Source of the DNA: Takakia lepidozioides
Lineage: Eukaryota; Plantae; Bryophyta
DNA length: 64,000 bases
NCBI GenBank assembly: GCA_030704615.1
Contig: CM060731.1
Location: 58,404,001 to 58,468,000, forward strand
Reading direction: 5' to 3'
Shown: piece by piece, positions 49,801-62,204 of the stretch
Layout: each line of letters opens with the position of its first letter
Position numbering within the stretch: position 1 is the first letter of the stretch
Position numbers and translations under genes: made by a program
The notes under the pieces: model-generated
What the model was told of the DNA's origin: nothing
Databases searched by the model: none
The model's input: the letters and a program-made list of their open reading frames with translations, nothing else

Positions 49801-50536
49801 GATTGCTTTCCAGGTTGTACATGGACTCATTTATACCAAGACCAAGGAGGTAGCAAGTATTGCCATGGGATGCGGGTTATACTACGCTGCTTGTTTTCTG
49901 GTACGTTATCACATTGAGCAACAAAAGATGCAAGCACGCTTTCTGAGTTATTCCAGTGGGGATCATTGGGTATTACCTTCAGCACCACCTCATATGTACT
50001 TATATGACCCAAAAGTTATGATGCAAAAGGATTCTCAAATTCGTTCATGGTTTCAAGCGGCCTGGAACAATTTGTCAACACAGAAATTCGGCATTGATGA
50101 TATTTTCTATAACGGACATGTGGCATGGAAATACTTGCACGCTGCACCAGTAATTGGTACCCCACTCACCTGGACAGACAAGGAGCTCAGTGTCTACACC
50201 AATTTTGCTGTTCAGCGGTTACAACAAGTTGTGAAATATAAACTTCCAGACATGGTAGGACAACATTGTATGCCCCAGAGGATTCCACAAAAAGTGCGAA
50301 AATTAAAACACCTGAGAGGCGATGAGGATTTTGATACAACTGTTTCTTCACCGAATTCTTTTGACATGGGAGAAGACTATGCAATTCAGATGGCAGAGAA
50401 GAAGCGACGGGGGTCTCCTATGCCGGAAAGGTTACCTCGATATCAGCCTCCAGAGGGCCTCACTTATCCAGGTAGTGCTCAACCATCTCCGTCAACCAGA
50501 GACAGACCTCGGGCTCGTACACACAGTCCACCATGA
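46834..50536 (+). pseudogene. Large extra 3' ORF of A2 (fragmented)
   Basis: ORF pieces 46564-47844, 47841-48146, 48147-48329, 48528-49550 and 49529-50536 are colinear with the A1 pieces. Confidence 0.75.
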
Positions 50537-51648
50537 AACTCTCAACGTCAGAAAGGTGCTCACTCACAAAGGGTTGCTAATCGAAATCAGTAAATCGTGA
50601 GGACACGGCTTTTTGAGGGGGGAAGGGGTAAATGTTAGAGGACTGTCTGGGACTTAGACACTTATACGGGATCTAAAGGGTACCCTTAATTTTTGCACAG
50701 ACTGAGACCAACAGGAGCCTTAGGGGTGACAGCAGCGCACTGTAGAGGGGGGTTACACAGCCCGACACAGCCGTCATAGTCGTCACAGTCGTCAACAGCC
50801 GACACAGCCAACACAGCCCGACACAGCCGTCACAGTCGTCACAGTCGTCAACAGCCGACACAGCCAACACAGCCCGTCACAGTCGTCACAGCAGACACAG
50901 CCACACAGCCAATCACAGCCGACACAGCCAAACACAGTCGCACAGCCAGCCACAGCCCGTCACAGTTTCACACAGCCAGTCACAGCTTGACACAGCTGTC
51001 ACGACCATAGGGAACGGAGAGCAGGACAGGGAACGACTGTGGGGAACAACACCTGCAAATGGAACATGTTAGTTCACGGACGATGGTTAGTGAGGGAAAC
51101 GGTTAGAGCCACGGGTAGGAAGATAAAGGGAGAAACAGGGAATTTGAAGGGGGATGATTCTGAGGAGGACTTGGGGGGTCAGGCATGAGAGGAGATCGGG
51201 CGGAGAGAAAGATGGGAAGCAAAAGATGGAGAGCACGGTGAAGGAGGAAAGAGGATTAGTAGATGCTTGTTATAGGCAAAGCGATAGTGATGTAGTAGAT
51301 CAGATTAGAGACACAATGGCTTCGGCCTGATACCTGATAAATCATAATTTGATACTTATACGATACAATCACACTGTGTAGAGAGATCTGAGTGAAGCTG
51401 TGGAATAAATGGATGAGTTGATGGAATCCAATAGATTGATAAAGGAAACTGATACTTAATTATCAATGGTAAGGTAGCTAACATGAATGCCAAAAGGGAA
51501 ACAAATAGGAAACACCCCCATGATACACTAGCTGTAGGTCATGACTGATTGTTCTGCGCGGGCTGAGTACTTAGAGATTTCCAACTCTTCTATCTTGGAG
51601 TTTCCGCCTCGGATAGCGAAGGGATGGGTGAGTAAAAGCCGCGCGACA

Positions 51649-54471
51649 GAATACCCTGGCCTGTTTCAGCCACGGACGTCCCAATAATAAGGAGTAAGCC
51701 TCCATGACTTCATCCATCTTCAACACAGTTACTGTGATCATAAAGATCATCTTCTGTATCTGTATCTTAACTCCTCTTATTAATCCCAATGGCTGTACAC
51801 TTCTTTGATCTGCCATTGTTACTGTAAATGGGGCTGGTTTCATGTTACTTAGACCAAGATTCTTTCTTAATTGGTCTGTCATGATATTTACTCCAGAACC
51901 TCCATCTATCAGTACATCAGTTACTTCTGTGCTTCCAATTCTCAATTGGATTACTGGCATAGAATCATCAAAGTCCATGACTGTTTCTCGCCCTTCCAGC
52001 TTCACATTATAACTAGTCACCTTGCTGTTCAGGTCTGTGTTTCCTGTCTCCTGGGCAATTCGATTGATTGCTTGATACAGCCTGTGCCTACAATAAGGTG
52101 CCACAGCCAATAGCTGTCCAATGGTAATCTCTGCTTTGGTCTGGCATATTACTTCAGCCAAAGTCTCTTCATTACTTTGCATGTCTGCATCTTCTTTCTT
52201 CCTTTCATCCTCACTCACTTCTTCTTCTCCATCAGAATCAGAGGAATCTGCCACAGGAATATCAGTACTCTTCTGCATTTCCCTTATGGTATCTGCCACT
52301 TCCTTGTGCAGTTCCTTCTCATCTCTCCAAGCCTCATCATCTTCAGGCACATCACTGCCACCTTCATTATCATCATCTTCCTCAACTACTGGAGGTATTA
52401 GTTTGACTTTGCTTCTGGTTACTATCATTGTACTTACTTCTGGTACAACACATGGCCTAACCATGTGAGCTGCCACCACTGGGCCCTCATTCACAGGAGC
52501 TCTCATCTCATTCTGGTGTCTTATCCAGAATGAACAAGCTGCCCTGCGATGTCCTGGCTGATTACAATAGTAACATAGTTCTTCACCATTGGGTCCTTGC
52601 CCTTGGTCTGTTCTTGGATTATTTCTGTAATTCTGATTCCCGGGCTGGTAATTCCCCCTTGGATTACCCTGATAGTTGCCTCTGGAATTTCCTTGGTAAT
52701 TCCCTCTTGAATTACCTCTCCCTTCCATGCCATTGTTATAACCACCAGACCTACCATAATGGTCCTGATCATTGTTTCTTCTTGGCTGGGGCTGCACCTG
52801 ATGCACCCTTACTTGCCTAGGTTCTCTTGCAGCTGTCCTTCTGTTGTAGTAACAATTCTCAGTAGAATGGTTATCCATTTTACAGATAGTACAGTGTTTC
52901 TCCTTCATGTGGCATTCTGTGGTGGTATGGCCTTCATTCTGGCACTTTGCACACCATACACCCTTCCTCCAATGTGTTGCAGCCTCTGTGGCATACTTCT
53001 TCAAGATTTCTTCCAATCTTTTTTCATAGTTATCCCTCTTCAGCTTCTCCTTTCTCTTACTCTTTCTTTTTAGTTCTTGCTCTTCTTTTTCATCTGACTC
53101 ATCCTCAGAGTCCTCATCATCCCTTTTCTCTCTCCTGAGCATTCCCAATTGCTCAATTCTGTTTGTAGTTTCAAATGCCTCCTCCACTGTATTATGGGGT
53201 AACATATCCACTTTCTTTTGCAACTCTGGTCTTAGTCCACTCACAAACCAAGTCTTCTGTAAACCGGGTGCTGGTACTGCAGCCAGCTTTTTCATCATCA
53301 ATTCCATCTTTTCCATATACTCCTCAACAGTTTCATGCTTCTTTTGCTTTAACTGTTGTAAACTTCCATACACTTCATCCTCAGTTTTACTTGTCCTGAA
53401 CCTATTTCGAAATGCTGTATTCAAGCCATTCCAGGTTAGGAAATGATTATCAGGGAATCTTGCATACCATTCACTTGCTTTCTTGATAAGTGAACAAGGA
53501 AACAATCTCATCTTGGCATCATCGCCATTCTCATTGTTCACTATACACATGTGCTCAAATTGGCTAATGTGTACATCGGGATCCCCTTTTCCTGAATATA
53601 TTGGAAAGGGTGGTTTTGACCGTGTTGGTTGTAACGCCATCTGTGGCCCTACCTTCTGCCCACTGACAGGTGCTGGCACCCTTGCTGGTGCTGGTCCTTC
53701 TGGACCTGTTGTTTTTGTGGTGGATCTTCCACCAAGTGGTGGCCCTTGAGCACTCCCTGCTACTGGCCCCACGATATTCACAGTATTCCTAGCTTCAGTT
53801 GCACTACTTCCCACACTCCCTGTCCCCCCAGAGCCAGATCCAGGCCGCCCGCCTGATCCCCTTGAGCCGACACCTTCGTTGGCCTGTGATCCAAGTGCTC
53901 CACTTGATCCAGGTCCAACGGGTTGGGATGTCCTGGTTGCAGTCTCAACCTCAGCTGTTGGGTCTACTTCTTCATATTCTTCCTCTTCCAATTTCTTCTC
54001 TCTGTTTTCATCCTCCAAGTTCTGTCCTTGGGTTTCTTCTTCACTCATGTAACTCAACTGTAATGGTGTTGGAGAGTCTGAACTCTCCGTTGGCTCTGCC
54101 ACATCCTCTTCTCCTTCTTCACCTTCCGCTTCAGAAACTGGAGTTCCTGCTTTTGGTGTTCCATGCCAACTCTTATCAAAGATTTCTGTCAAATCTTTTA
54201 TCCAGGGATGTACCTCAGATCTTTCACCTCGTGATTGATCTTCTTCTCGCACCAATTCCCTTAATCTTTCTTGCAAAGAAACAGAAGGAGTGGCATCCAA
54301 CTCTAGTTCTTCCGGTATGGGTGATGTACTCTTTGATCTTAATGGTGTGAGAGGTCCAGATGATTCCCCTATGTCTATTCCTCTCTCCCAAAGATATGGA
54401 TAATTAGCTTTCAGATAGCTTTCTCTTTTTGCTGAATATCTCTGGCGTCTAGCTTCTCTTTCATCACTCAT
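51649..54471 (-). CDS. Family A Gag-protease (truncated by nested insertion)
   Basis: YSGKGDPDVH...RLFPCSL gag core, three CCHC knuckles, protease LIDGGSGVNIM and LLLGRPWL. Confidence 0.9.
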
Positions 54472-54493
54472 GTCCCATGTCTTTCATTTCTTT

Positions 54494-55189
54494 TTAATGT
54501 GGCAATAACCAAAACTCTCTCCTGTAATATCTCTCGTATATGCCTGGGTTTCTTTCAAGCTTCAATGCACCCTTGGCTATACTTGAAGTCTCCGTTACCA
54601 TATAACCATATGGCAAACAAGTCTGAAAAGCCGTTCTTGGTGTGAGTTTGATCCACAAAATATCCTTTGGAATCCAATTCTTTACCAGTACAAGCTCTTC
54701 ATGCATATGAGTATAAACATTCACCTTTCTTTCCTCCCAGCCTTCAAACTCTACTCGCTTAATGGATAGCAATGCTATCACATAAACCAATGTTGGTAAC
54801 CAACGTGCTCTTCCTCTACAGGCTACCTGATAAATCTTTATCACTCCTTTCTCCAGACCCCATTCCGGATCAGCATCATGCACTCGCTTAAGAATATTTT
54901 CTTTACAACCGTCTGGCAATTCCAAGAACCTTTGAAAGAATTGTTTGGACAATCTTTCTTCCTTCGTTCCACAGGGAATTTGATTCACTTCAAATTCTTT
55001 AATGGTCCAACCATCATGATCCCACCAGATGCCTGTCACATTTGGTTGTTCATGACTCAGTTCCCCAGTATGGTCGCCAAATGTCGCGCGGCTTTTACTC
55101 ACCCATCCCTTCGCTATCCGAGGCGGAAACTCCAAGATAGAAGAGTTGGAAATCTCTAAGTACTCAGCCCGCTCAGAACAATCAGTCAT
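54494..55189 (-). CDS. Extra 5' ORF (ORF0) of family A upstream of gag
   Basis: 231-codon sense ORF starting at an ATG within the LTR, crossing the PBS and stopping 22 bp before the gag ATG; no motif recognised. Confidence 0.5.
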   Translation of the reverse strand: MTDCSERAEYLEISNSSILEFPPRIAKGWVSKSRATFGDHTGELSHEQPNVTGIWWDHDGWTIKEFEVNQIPCGTKEERLSKQFFQRFLELPDGCKENILKRVHDADPEWGLEKGVIKIYQVACRGRARWLPTLVYVIALLSIKRVEFEGWEERKVNVYTHMHEELVLVKNWIPKDILWIKLTPRTAFQTCLPYGYMVTETSSIAKGALKLERNPGIYERYYRREFWLLPH

Positions 55190-56089
55190 GACCTACAGCT
55201 AGTGTATCATGGGGGTGTTTCCTATTTGTTTCCCTTTTCGCATTCATGTTAGCTACCTTACCATTGATAATTAAGTATCAATTTGCTTAATCAATCTATC
55301 GGATTCCATCAACTCATCCATTCATTCCACAGCTTCACTCAAATCTCTCTACACGGTGTGATTGTATCTTATAAGTATCAGATTATGATTTATCAGGTAT
55401 CAGGCCGAAGCCATTGTGTCTCTAATTTGCTCTACAATATCACTACAGCTTTGCATATAACAAACATCTACGAATCATCTCTCCTCCTTCACCGTGCTCT
55501 CCATCTTTGCTTCCGTTCTTGCTCTCCGCCCGATCCCCTCTCATGCATGACCCAGAATTCCTCCCCCGTGAAGTGCTTCCAAGAATCCCCCGTTCTCAGT
55601 CCTTGCTCTCCCTTTATCTTCCTACCCGTGGCTCTAACCGTTTCCCTCACTAACTGTCGTCCGTGAACTAACATGTTCCATTTGCAGGTGTTGTTCCCCA
55701 CAGTCGTTCCCTGTCCTGCTCTCCGTTCCCTATGGTCGTGACAGCTGTGTCAAGCTGTGACTGGCTGTGCGACTGTGTTTGGCTGTGTCGGGCGGTGACT
55801 GGCTGTGTGGCTGTGTCGGCTGTGACGGGCTGTGTTGGCTGTGATGGCTGTGTCGGGCTGTGACGAGCTGTGCTGACTGTGTCTGGCTGTGTCGGCTGTG
55901 ACTGACTGTGTGGCTGTGTCAGCTGTGACGGGCTGTGTTGGCTGTGTTGGACTGTGACAGACTGTGTAACCCCCCTCTACAGTGCGCTGCTGTCACCCCT
56001 AAGGCTCCTGTTGGTCTCAGTCTGTGCAAAAATTAAGGGTACCCTACAGATCCCGTATAAGTGTCCAAGTCCCAGACAGTCCTCTAACA

Positions 56090-57801
56090 GGCATGTGATT
56101 ACATAAGATGGGATCAAAATGGATGATAGAAAGGTGAGGGCGATCTTGGACTTGGAACCTCCGACTTCGGTCCCGGGAGTGCGATCCTTCTTAGGACTCA
56201 CCTCCTATTACCGAAAGTATGTGAGAAATTTCGCCAAGATTGCGGGGCCACTGTCAGACCTTTTGTGTAAGTCCAAGGTATGGGTATGGAACACTTTTTG
56301 TGGCCAAGCTTTTGCCGAGTTGAAGCAGCAGATGGCATAAGCTCCAGTCTTGAAAATCCCGGAGTTCGACCGTCCATTTGAGATTCATACAGATGCGTCG
56401 GACTTCGCAATCGGGGGTGTGCTCATGCTGGATGGACGTCTAATGGCTTACGAAAGTAAGAAACTGCATGAAGTGGAGCGACGGTGGCCTACGCACGAGA
56501 ACGGACAATGTCACGGTGAAGTATTTTGCCACACAGCCTAAGTTGTCCCCAAAACAACTTAGGTGGCAAGACACCTTGGCCACGACGGAGCCAAGCGCAC
56601 CGCGGCACTCTTGAAGAAAGAGTATTTCTGGCCCAAACTGAGGGAGGAGGCCGAGGAGTATGTCAAGACATGCACCACATGCCAACAAAACCGGAACGAG
56701 TAAAAAAAGCAAGCGGGGCTGTTACAACCCTTGCCGATTCCAGAGGGGTCTTGGGAAAGTGTCTCGATGGATTTCATGACTGCTTTGCCACTGTCAAAAG
56801 GATTCGATGCAATCATGGTGGTGGTGGATAGGTTCAGTAAAATGGGCCATTTCATCCCCACCAAGGAGACGGCAACGACGCAGGAGACGGGGCGACTTTA
56901 CTTTGCCCACGTCTTCAAGCATCATGGACTCTCGAAGGATATTGTCTCGGACCGCGATCCAAAGTTAAAGAGTGAACTCCGTGGTGAAGCAGATCTTGCG
57001 GAATTATGTATCGGCAGACTAGTTGGACTGGGTGGAGCACTTGGATGCGGCAGAGTTCTGTTATAATAGCACAAACACTCCGCAACGGGAGTTTCCCCTT
57101 TTGTATTGGTCTATGGAAAAGCACCTCTGATGCCGACAAGTTGGGCCGCCCAGGACGTTGAGGAACCGGCAGCAGCGGCAGTGCTAGAAGAACGGGAGCG
57201 TTTGTTGAAGCTCGCAAAGTGCAACATTGCCAAAGCTAGGAAACGGTATGAACGACAGGCGAATCGGAAGCGGAGGGAAGTTAAGTTTGAGGCAGACACG
57301 GAGGTCTGGTTGAACATCAAGAATTTTCGACTACCTCCGGAAGTGAGTCCGAAGTTCGTACCTCCGTATGCGGGGCCCTTTTGCATCCGGAAGGTTATGA
57401 ATGATGATGTGTATGAATTGGAGCTGCCGGCAAAGAGCAAGGTGCATCCGGTATTCCACGTTTCTTTTTTGAAGCCTTACTTCAAAGATGAAGCGCGTCC
57501 GAATCGGCATCAAGTGTTGCGTCCGCCACCCGTGCTGTTGGATCATGAAAATGAACCTGAGTATGAGGTGGAGGCAATGCTTAAGTCGAGGAGGTTCAAG
57601 AATCGAGAAACGGAGTATCTCGCGAAATGGAAGGGCTATCATCATGTGGAGGCATGTTGGGTGCGTGCCTCAGAAAATGGGAAACGCATCCGAGGCGGTT
57701 GCAGCTTTCGAAGGGCGACCTCAAAAGCGGAAGAAGCGTTGATGGGGACATCAACCTTAGATCGTGGGGGAGGAAATGCATGCTTAGCCCGGTTTAGCTA
57801 G
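56090..57801 (+). pseudogene. Family C RT end, RNase H, integrase and chromodomain (internally deleted, frameshifted)
   Basis: GHVI, VRSFLGL, HTDASDFAIG, SMDF...VVVDRFSK, SDRDP, YAGPF, VHPVFHVS, EYEVEAML...YLAKWKGY. Confidence 0.9.
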
Positions 57802-58646
57802 CTCAGGAATTCGATTGCAAAAACTTGTATTGTACAAATTTTGTTATAAATGAAATGGTTTCCAAATGTTGTACGTCCTATTTTGTTTGGAATGGTGATG
57901 CATGGTTTGTTTGGCTAGTGTGTAGAATGCATGCTAGCTTACAAAAGGGGGAGAGGTAAATTGGATTAACAGTGTGTTTGCGTAGTGCCGAAATCGGGTG
58001 ACTCCCATCCAAGGAGCAAGGAAACTTGCACCTTCTTTGGGAGTTCAGGTGCTAGTGCACACCTGGCGCGTGCGCGTACTATAACTGCGCTACCGAGGGG
58101 GTTGCCTTGTAGTGCGGGCTAACACGGAAGCTACGTGCTTCCGTTCACGTACTATAATCGTGTAGCCTCGGGATGAAGTCGTAGTGCGGCTTCGGCGTGT
58201 TCCCGTACCTCAGGCCAGCATTCCAAGGCGAACCCAATTGTAGTGATTGGGGCGCACGGTTGGTTCAAGGTTATTTTCCTAGTAAAAAAAGGTTCAAGGT
58301 GAACCCTTGCTCAAGGTGATGCCAAAAGCGGCATCACGAGTGGTCGTAAGCAATATTGTTGCAGTAAGGCGATTCGATCCTTGAGGAGGATCGTTCCTTG
58401 GCCTTGAAGTGGGCCAAGAAGAGTGCACTGGGAGGAGCTTGAAAAGCTCCGCCCTTGGCTGGGACTTGGAGGAAGTCGGCCGAACTAGCTGGTGGAGAAT
58501 CGAGTCAAGTGGGGGTTTGGTTCTTTGCCATGGGACGCCATGGTACGGAAACAAACTCCTTGATGTTGGACGCCACAACTTGGATGTTCGTTTCTATAAA
58601 ATGGACAGGTCGATGAGGACATCGACTCCCTGTTGGTAGGGGTGTG

Positions 58647-58796
58647 TGTCGCGGCCCTGTGCCTTGAGGGCAGGGGGTTGGGACACAAGAGGGGCTGCCC
58701 CTGTGGTGGGGGCAGTGACAACAATAGATGCGGGGGCCGAAGCACCCTTGAGTGCCCAAGGCACTCAAGGAGGCGGAGGCGCTCACTAGGTGGAGC
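58647..58796 (+). repeat. Family C 3' LTR, first 150 bp only
   Basis: Matches about 31895-32045; preceded by G-rich GTTGGTAGGGGTGTG. Confidence 0.85.
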
Positions 58797-59591
58797 GAGG
58801 TTAGCTATTTCATGAGCATAAGCGGCATGAGCGGAGTAGTAAGACAATTGGTTTTCATGAGCAGAAATACAAATTCTGGAAATAAAAAACATAAAAAACA
58901 TTATTTTAATGGAAAATGTGTCAGAAAAGCCAATATAATATTCATTGTTTGAAGTAGAAATTGTAGTTTTGAGAGCAGGGCTCATGATAGTTCGTCTTCC
59001 GCTCATGCGAATTCCGAGCGACATCTGCAAAAATGGCGCCGAATTTTGCGGTAATAGGTTCCGCAAGCGGAGAAATCGGCGACGTATTGCGCGGTAATAG
59101 GTGTCTCCGGCGAAAAATGGTGCTGAATTTCGCGGTTATAGGTCCCAACTTGATTGAAGTGTAAGCCCAAAATTTGGAAATGTGGCGCCAAATTTCGGTA
59201 CATGGTGCCGGGCATTGCACAAATGTTGGGCAGTTCTGGGCCATGTAACTGGAAATTCGGCGCCATTTTTCCAGACATCGTTCCCGTACATGTTGGGACT
59301 TAGCCAGTTTTCGGCCCAAAATAGGGAAATTCGGTGCCATTTTGGAACTCAGTTTTCTGGAAGATTTGCAAATTTTTCCTGCCGCCATCTTTGTATCGAT
59401 TTGGTTTCGACATTGAATTGCCACTGGACGTCAACGGATATCCAGCAGTCCATAGTGTTTAAAAGACATCACTTTAATATTGTCTGTCTCATTCCAGGAG
59501 TTTTGGGGTGCAATTCATTACACTGCAAAACAAAGTCTAATGCATCAAAATGCAATTGCAAATATCCATATGGTGGATTCTCTTTGCCCCA

Positions 59592-60185
59592 TCAATGATT
59601 TCTAGAATCCCGACAGAGGAGTTTGTGCAGCTCGTTCACGCTCAACGCTGGTGCATGAATAAAGTCATCAATAGTCAAGTTCATCCTCAACCTCTTCAGG
59701 TAAATGTAATACAGATGCTTGCACGGATAATACTTTGACCCATTCTTTGCTTCCATCAACGATAAGTCCGTACAATTGCAAGTCGGCTCCACTCCAATTG
59801 TAATTGTGTATACGTCGTCGTGTACAGCTGAGCCGACCGTTGCCATCCGATAAACATGCCCAAGATCAGGTGGGGGTACGTCCACGGAGCTCTGAATAGT
59901 GCAAGCCATCCCAAGAGCATTGGCAATGTGAATCTCATTCAACTTGTTGGGAGGGTGTCGTCTCTTCACTCTTCCGAATCGCATTGTGGGATGTGTAGAA
60001 GTGTCCAATCCGTCTCTACTGGACCGAGCAGTCTGCAATGGCTGGGTCTGAGGAACTGGAAACGAGTGGGCCGGGACGTCTGTGCATTGCACCATTTGAA
60101 ATCCTGTTGCAGAAAGAGCATCCGCTTCATTCTGAGAGAGGTTGCAACCCGGTGCAACAGGCCAGACGCCCGGAGGCTCCGGCAT
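59592..60185 (-). CDS. SWIM zinc-finger ORF fragment, probably DNA-transposon (MULE-like) derived
   Basis: YTITIGVEPTCNCTD...YYPCKHLYYIY fits CxC-xn-CxH. AAATGGCGCCGAATTT-like repeats lie downstream at 59030-59390. Confidence 0.6.
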   Translation of the reverse strand: MPEPPGVWPVAPGCNLSQNEADALSATGFQMVQCTDVPAHSFPVPQTQPLQTARSSRDGLDTSTHPTMRFGRVKRRHPPNKLNEIHIANALGMACTIQSSVDVPPPDLGHVYRMATVGSAVHDDVYTITIGVEPTCNCTDLSLMEAKNGSKYYPCKHLYYIYLKRLRMNLTIDDFIHAPALSVNELHKLLCRDSRNH

Positions 60186-61562
60186 TCCCTGAATCCCGTA
60201 CTTGGGCTTGCCAAAATGTCGTGCCTACAGAATCAAAACGTCTGCATTGTGGCGTGAGAGAATGTGGGAGTCAAAAGTCTGCCGCTGAAACAAGGTGCAG
60301 GTACAACGAAAATACTTAGTACTAAAAAATAATGGCCCAACTCCCAGCTTAGCCCCTGCTACAAATCCACGATGACTCGGGGCCGCAGGGCGTAGCTTTT
60401 CGCGGGCCACGATATCCGTGTGGGTTCCTCCGAATCATCTCACCACAGCGTGCTCTCGTATCCACCCGGATGGCGCAGCACTTCCCTCGAAATGCCGGCA
60501 ATGTCCTTGCAATTCTCCACTGTGACTCCGACACTCTTGTCTCCACAATGGGTATGTTGTACTACGTTACTACAGATGGCTCGTTATGTTCCTCAGGCAC
60601 GTGCCCTGTGCTCAAAGGAGATGACAATCTTGAACGTGCAGGACTTGCGGTGCTCGACGAGACCTCCTCGGGCAACATCATGGAACCACGAGGGATCGTG
60701 CAAATATTCTTGTCAGCTCGCCATGAATCCTCTTTTCCACCAGGTGCCTCGTCAAGTCTTCGTCTCACTGGACGGGTGTGAACATCTCCTTCCAAGTGTT
60801 GGCCTCTTCGAAGCAATGGCGTGTCCCAAAGGCCCTCTCGCAAGGTTGCCGCCTACTTGCGTGACCTCTTGACGAAATGAATAGGTTGAGCTCTATAGAT
60901 AAAATGGATCACATAATACCCAAATCACCAAACATAGATATATATGACCCACCATTAGATGAAATTGAGGACATGCCAAAGACTCGAAAGTGGCAAGAAT
61001 TTACTTACTCTAGCTCTAAACAGGTTTCAAAACCATTTTAATCTGTCACCATCACAAATCACATATCTTCTTTGGATGATTTTTTTGGATTTGAATTGAT
61101 TGTCACGATGGCGGACCGGAGCACCATGGGTAGGGATCCAAAATATAAGAAAGTAATCTTACATCTCTCTTTCGTTAGGGCAGAATTCCATAACTTGGCT
61201 TTTGATGCGATTTGCCTATGTGTCAAAATTAATTGTGTTTGAGCAAACGAGCAACTAAAGTGACATGTATATAACTATCTTCATATTTCTTGGTAGAAAA
61301 TTTGAATTTAAATTTGGATGAAAACCGCTTATACCTAGGTTATGTACAATGTCCACCAAGACTACCTAATGTTTGGCTACGGGATCATGTAGCCTGGCAG
61401 GTAATCATAGTCACTTGGTCACCAACCTGTCCCACCAACTAGAAATGGAACCACAACCTCATCTACCTCTTTCATCCTACAAAATTTATGATTTTTATTG
61501 GACAATATTATTAAAACTGGATAATAGAGGATGTTTGAGCATGCATCGTATGCCGTCTATAT

Positions 61563-62204
61563 CAGTGTTGGACTGGTATCGTATTTTCAACACACCAGAC
61601 TGGTACTGGTATATAGACCTCTGGCCAATTGTGATACCAGGGAGGTACTTGTATTGGCAAAATTATGAGATTTGGATACCATGGTGGTATCAATAATACA
61701 TGATTGGTGTGGTGTTTTACGGATATCAATAACAATACTATTTAGAATCTGATACCAGGGTATTATCAATACTGGTCTGGTATCAAACAAAGTCACGATA
61801 TGGTAATTTTGAAAGGCCCACTTCTCATATAAATGTGTACAAGCATGCTTCTCATTGAATTTGAAGGCCCGACGGTACAATCACAGATGACACCCCCAAG
61901 ACCTGATTTCTATTTTGCTTATTGAAAGCTGCTCCATATCGTGTATAGTGCATATTGCGCCGTCAATATTGATACCTAGGTTTTCTTCACAAAAATGGAT
62001 TTGGTATTGGTATCAAGTACCAGATTTTGAACCACCTACCAGACTTGTAGGGTACCGTCCACAATTTTAGGAAGCAGATACCAGGCCAATACGGGTATAT
62101 GCTAGGTAGTGGCATGAAGTGATACCAGACTGGTCTAGTACTTCATACCAGTATACATACCAATATTGATATCAGTTTCCTATCGGTATACCAGTCCAAC
62201 ACTG
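61563..62204. mobile_element. hAT-family MITE (642 bp) in the intron of the second P450 copy
   Basis: Perfect 17-bp TIR CAGTGTTGGACTGGTAT/ATACCAGTCCAACACTG. 8-bp TSD GTCTATAT/GTCTGTAT. Many internal TGGTAT/ATACCA motifs. Empty site in the paralog near 2172-2179. Confidence 0.88.

Larger units (their letters stand above)
44376..51648 (+). mobile_element. Family A copy A2 (3' part): RNase H end, integrase, repeat spacer, extra ORF, PPT, 3' LTR 50633-51648
   Basis: NYSTTEREAL...VDHQAL, integrase motifs, PPT at ~50615-50630, LTR TGTTAGAG...CGCGACA; several frameshifts and stops. Confidence 0.9.
51649..56089 (-). mobile_element. Family A 5' part: 5' LTR 55082-56089, PBS, ORF0, gag-protease; cut at 51648 by the oppositely oriented A2 LTR
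   Basis: PBS TGGCGACCATACTGGGG (55063-55079, tRNA-Arg-like) follows the LTR end CGCGACA. Confidence 0.9.
31895..58796 (+). mobile_element. Chromovirus-type Ty3/gypsy element family C, split in RT by a 21 kb nest of family A elements
   Basis: 5' LTR 31895-32532 (TGTCGCG...CGCGACA), PBS, gag/PR/RT to 34987. Resumes at 56090 with RT end, RNase H, integrase and chromodomain. Truncated 3' LTR at 58647-58796. Confidence 0.9.
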
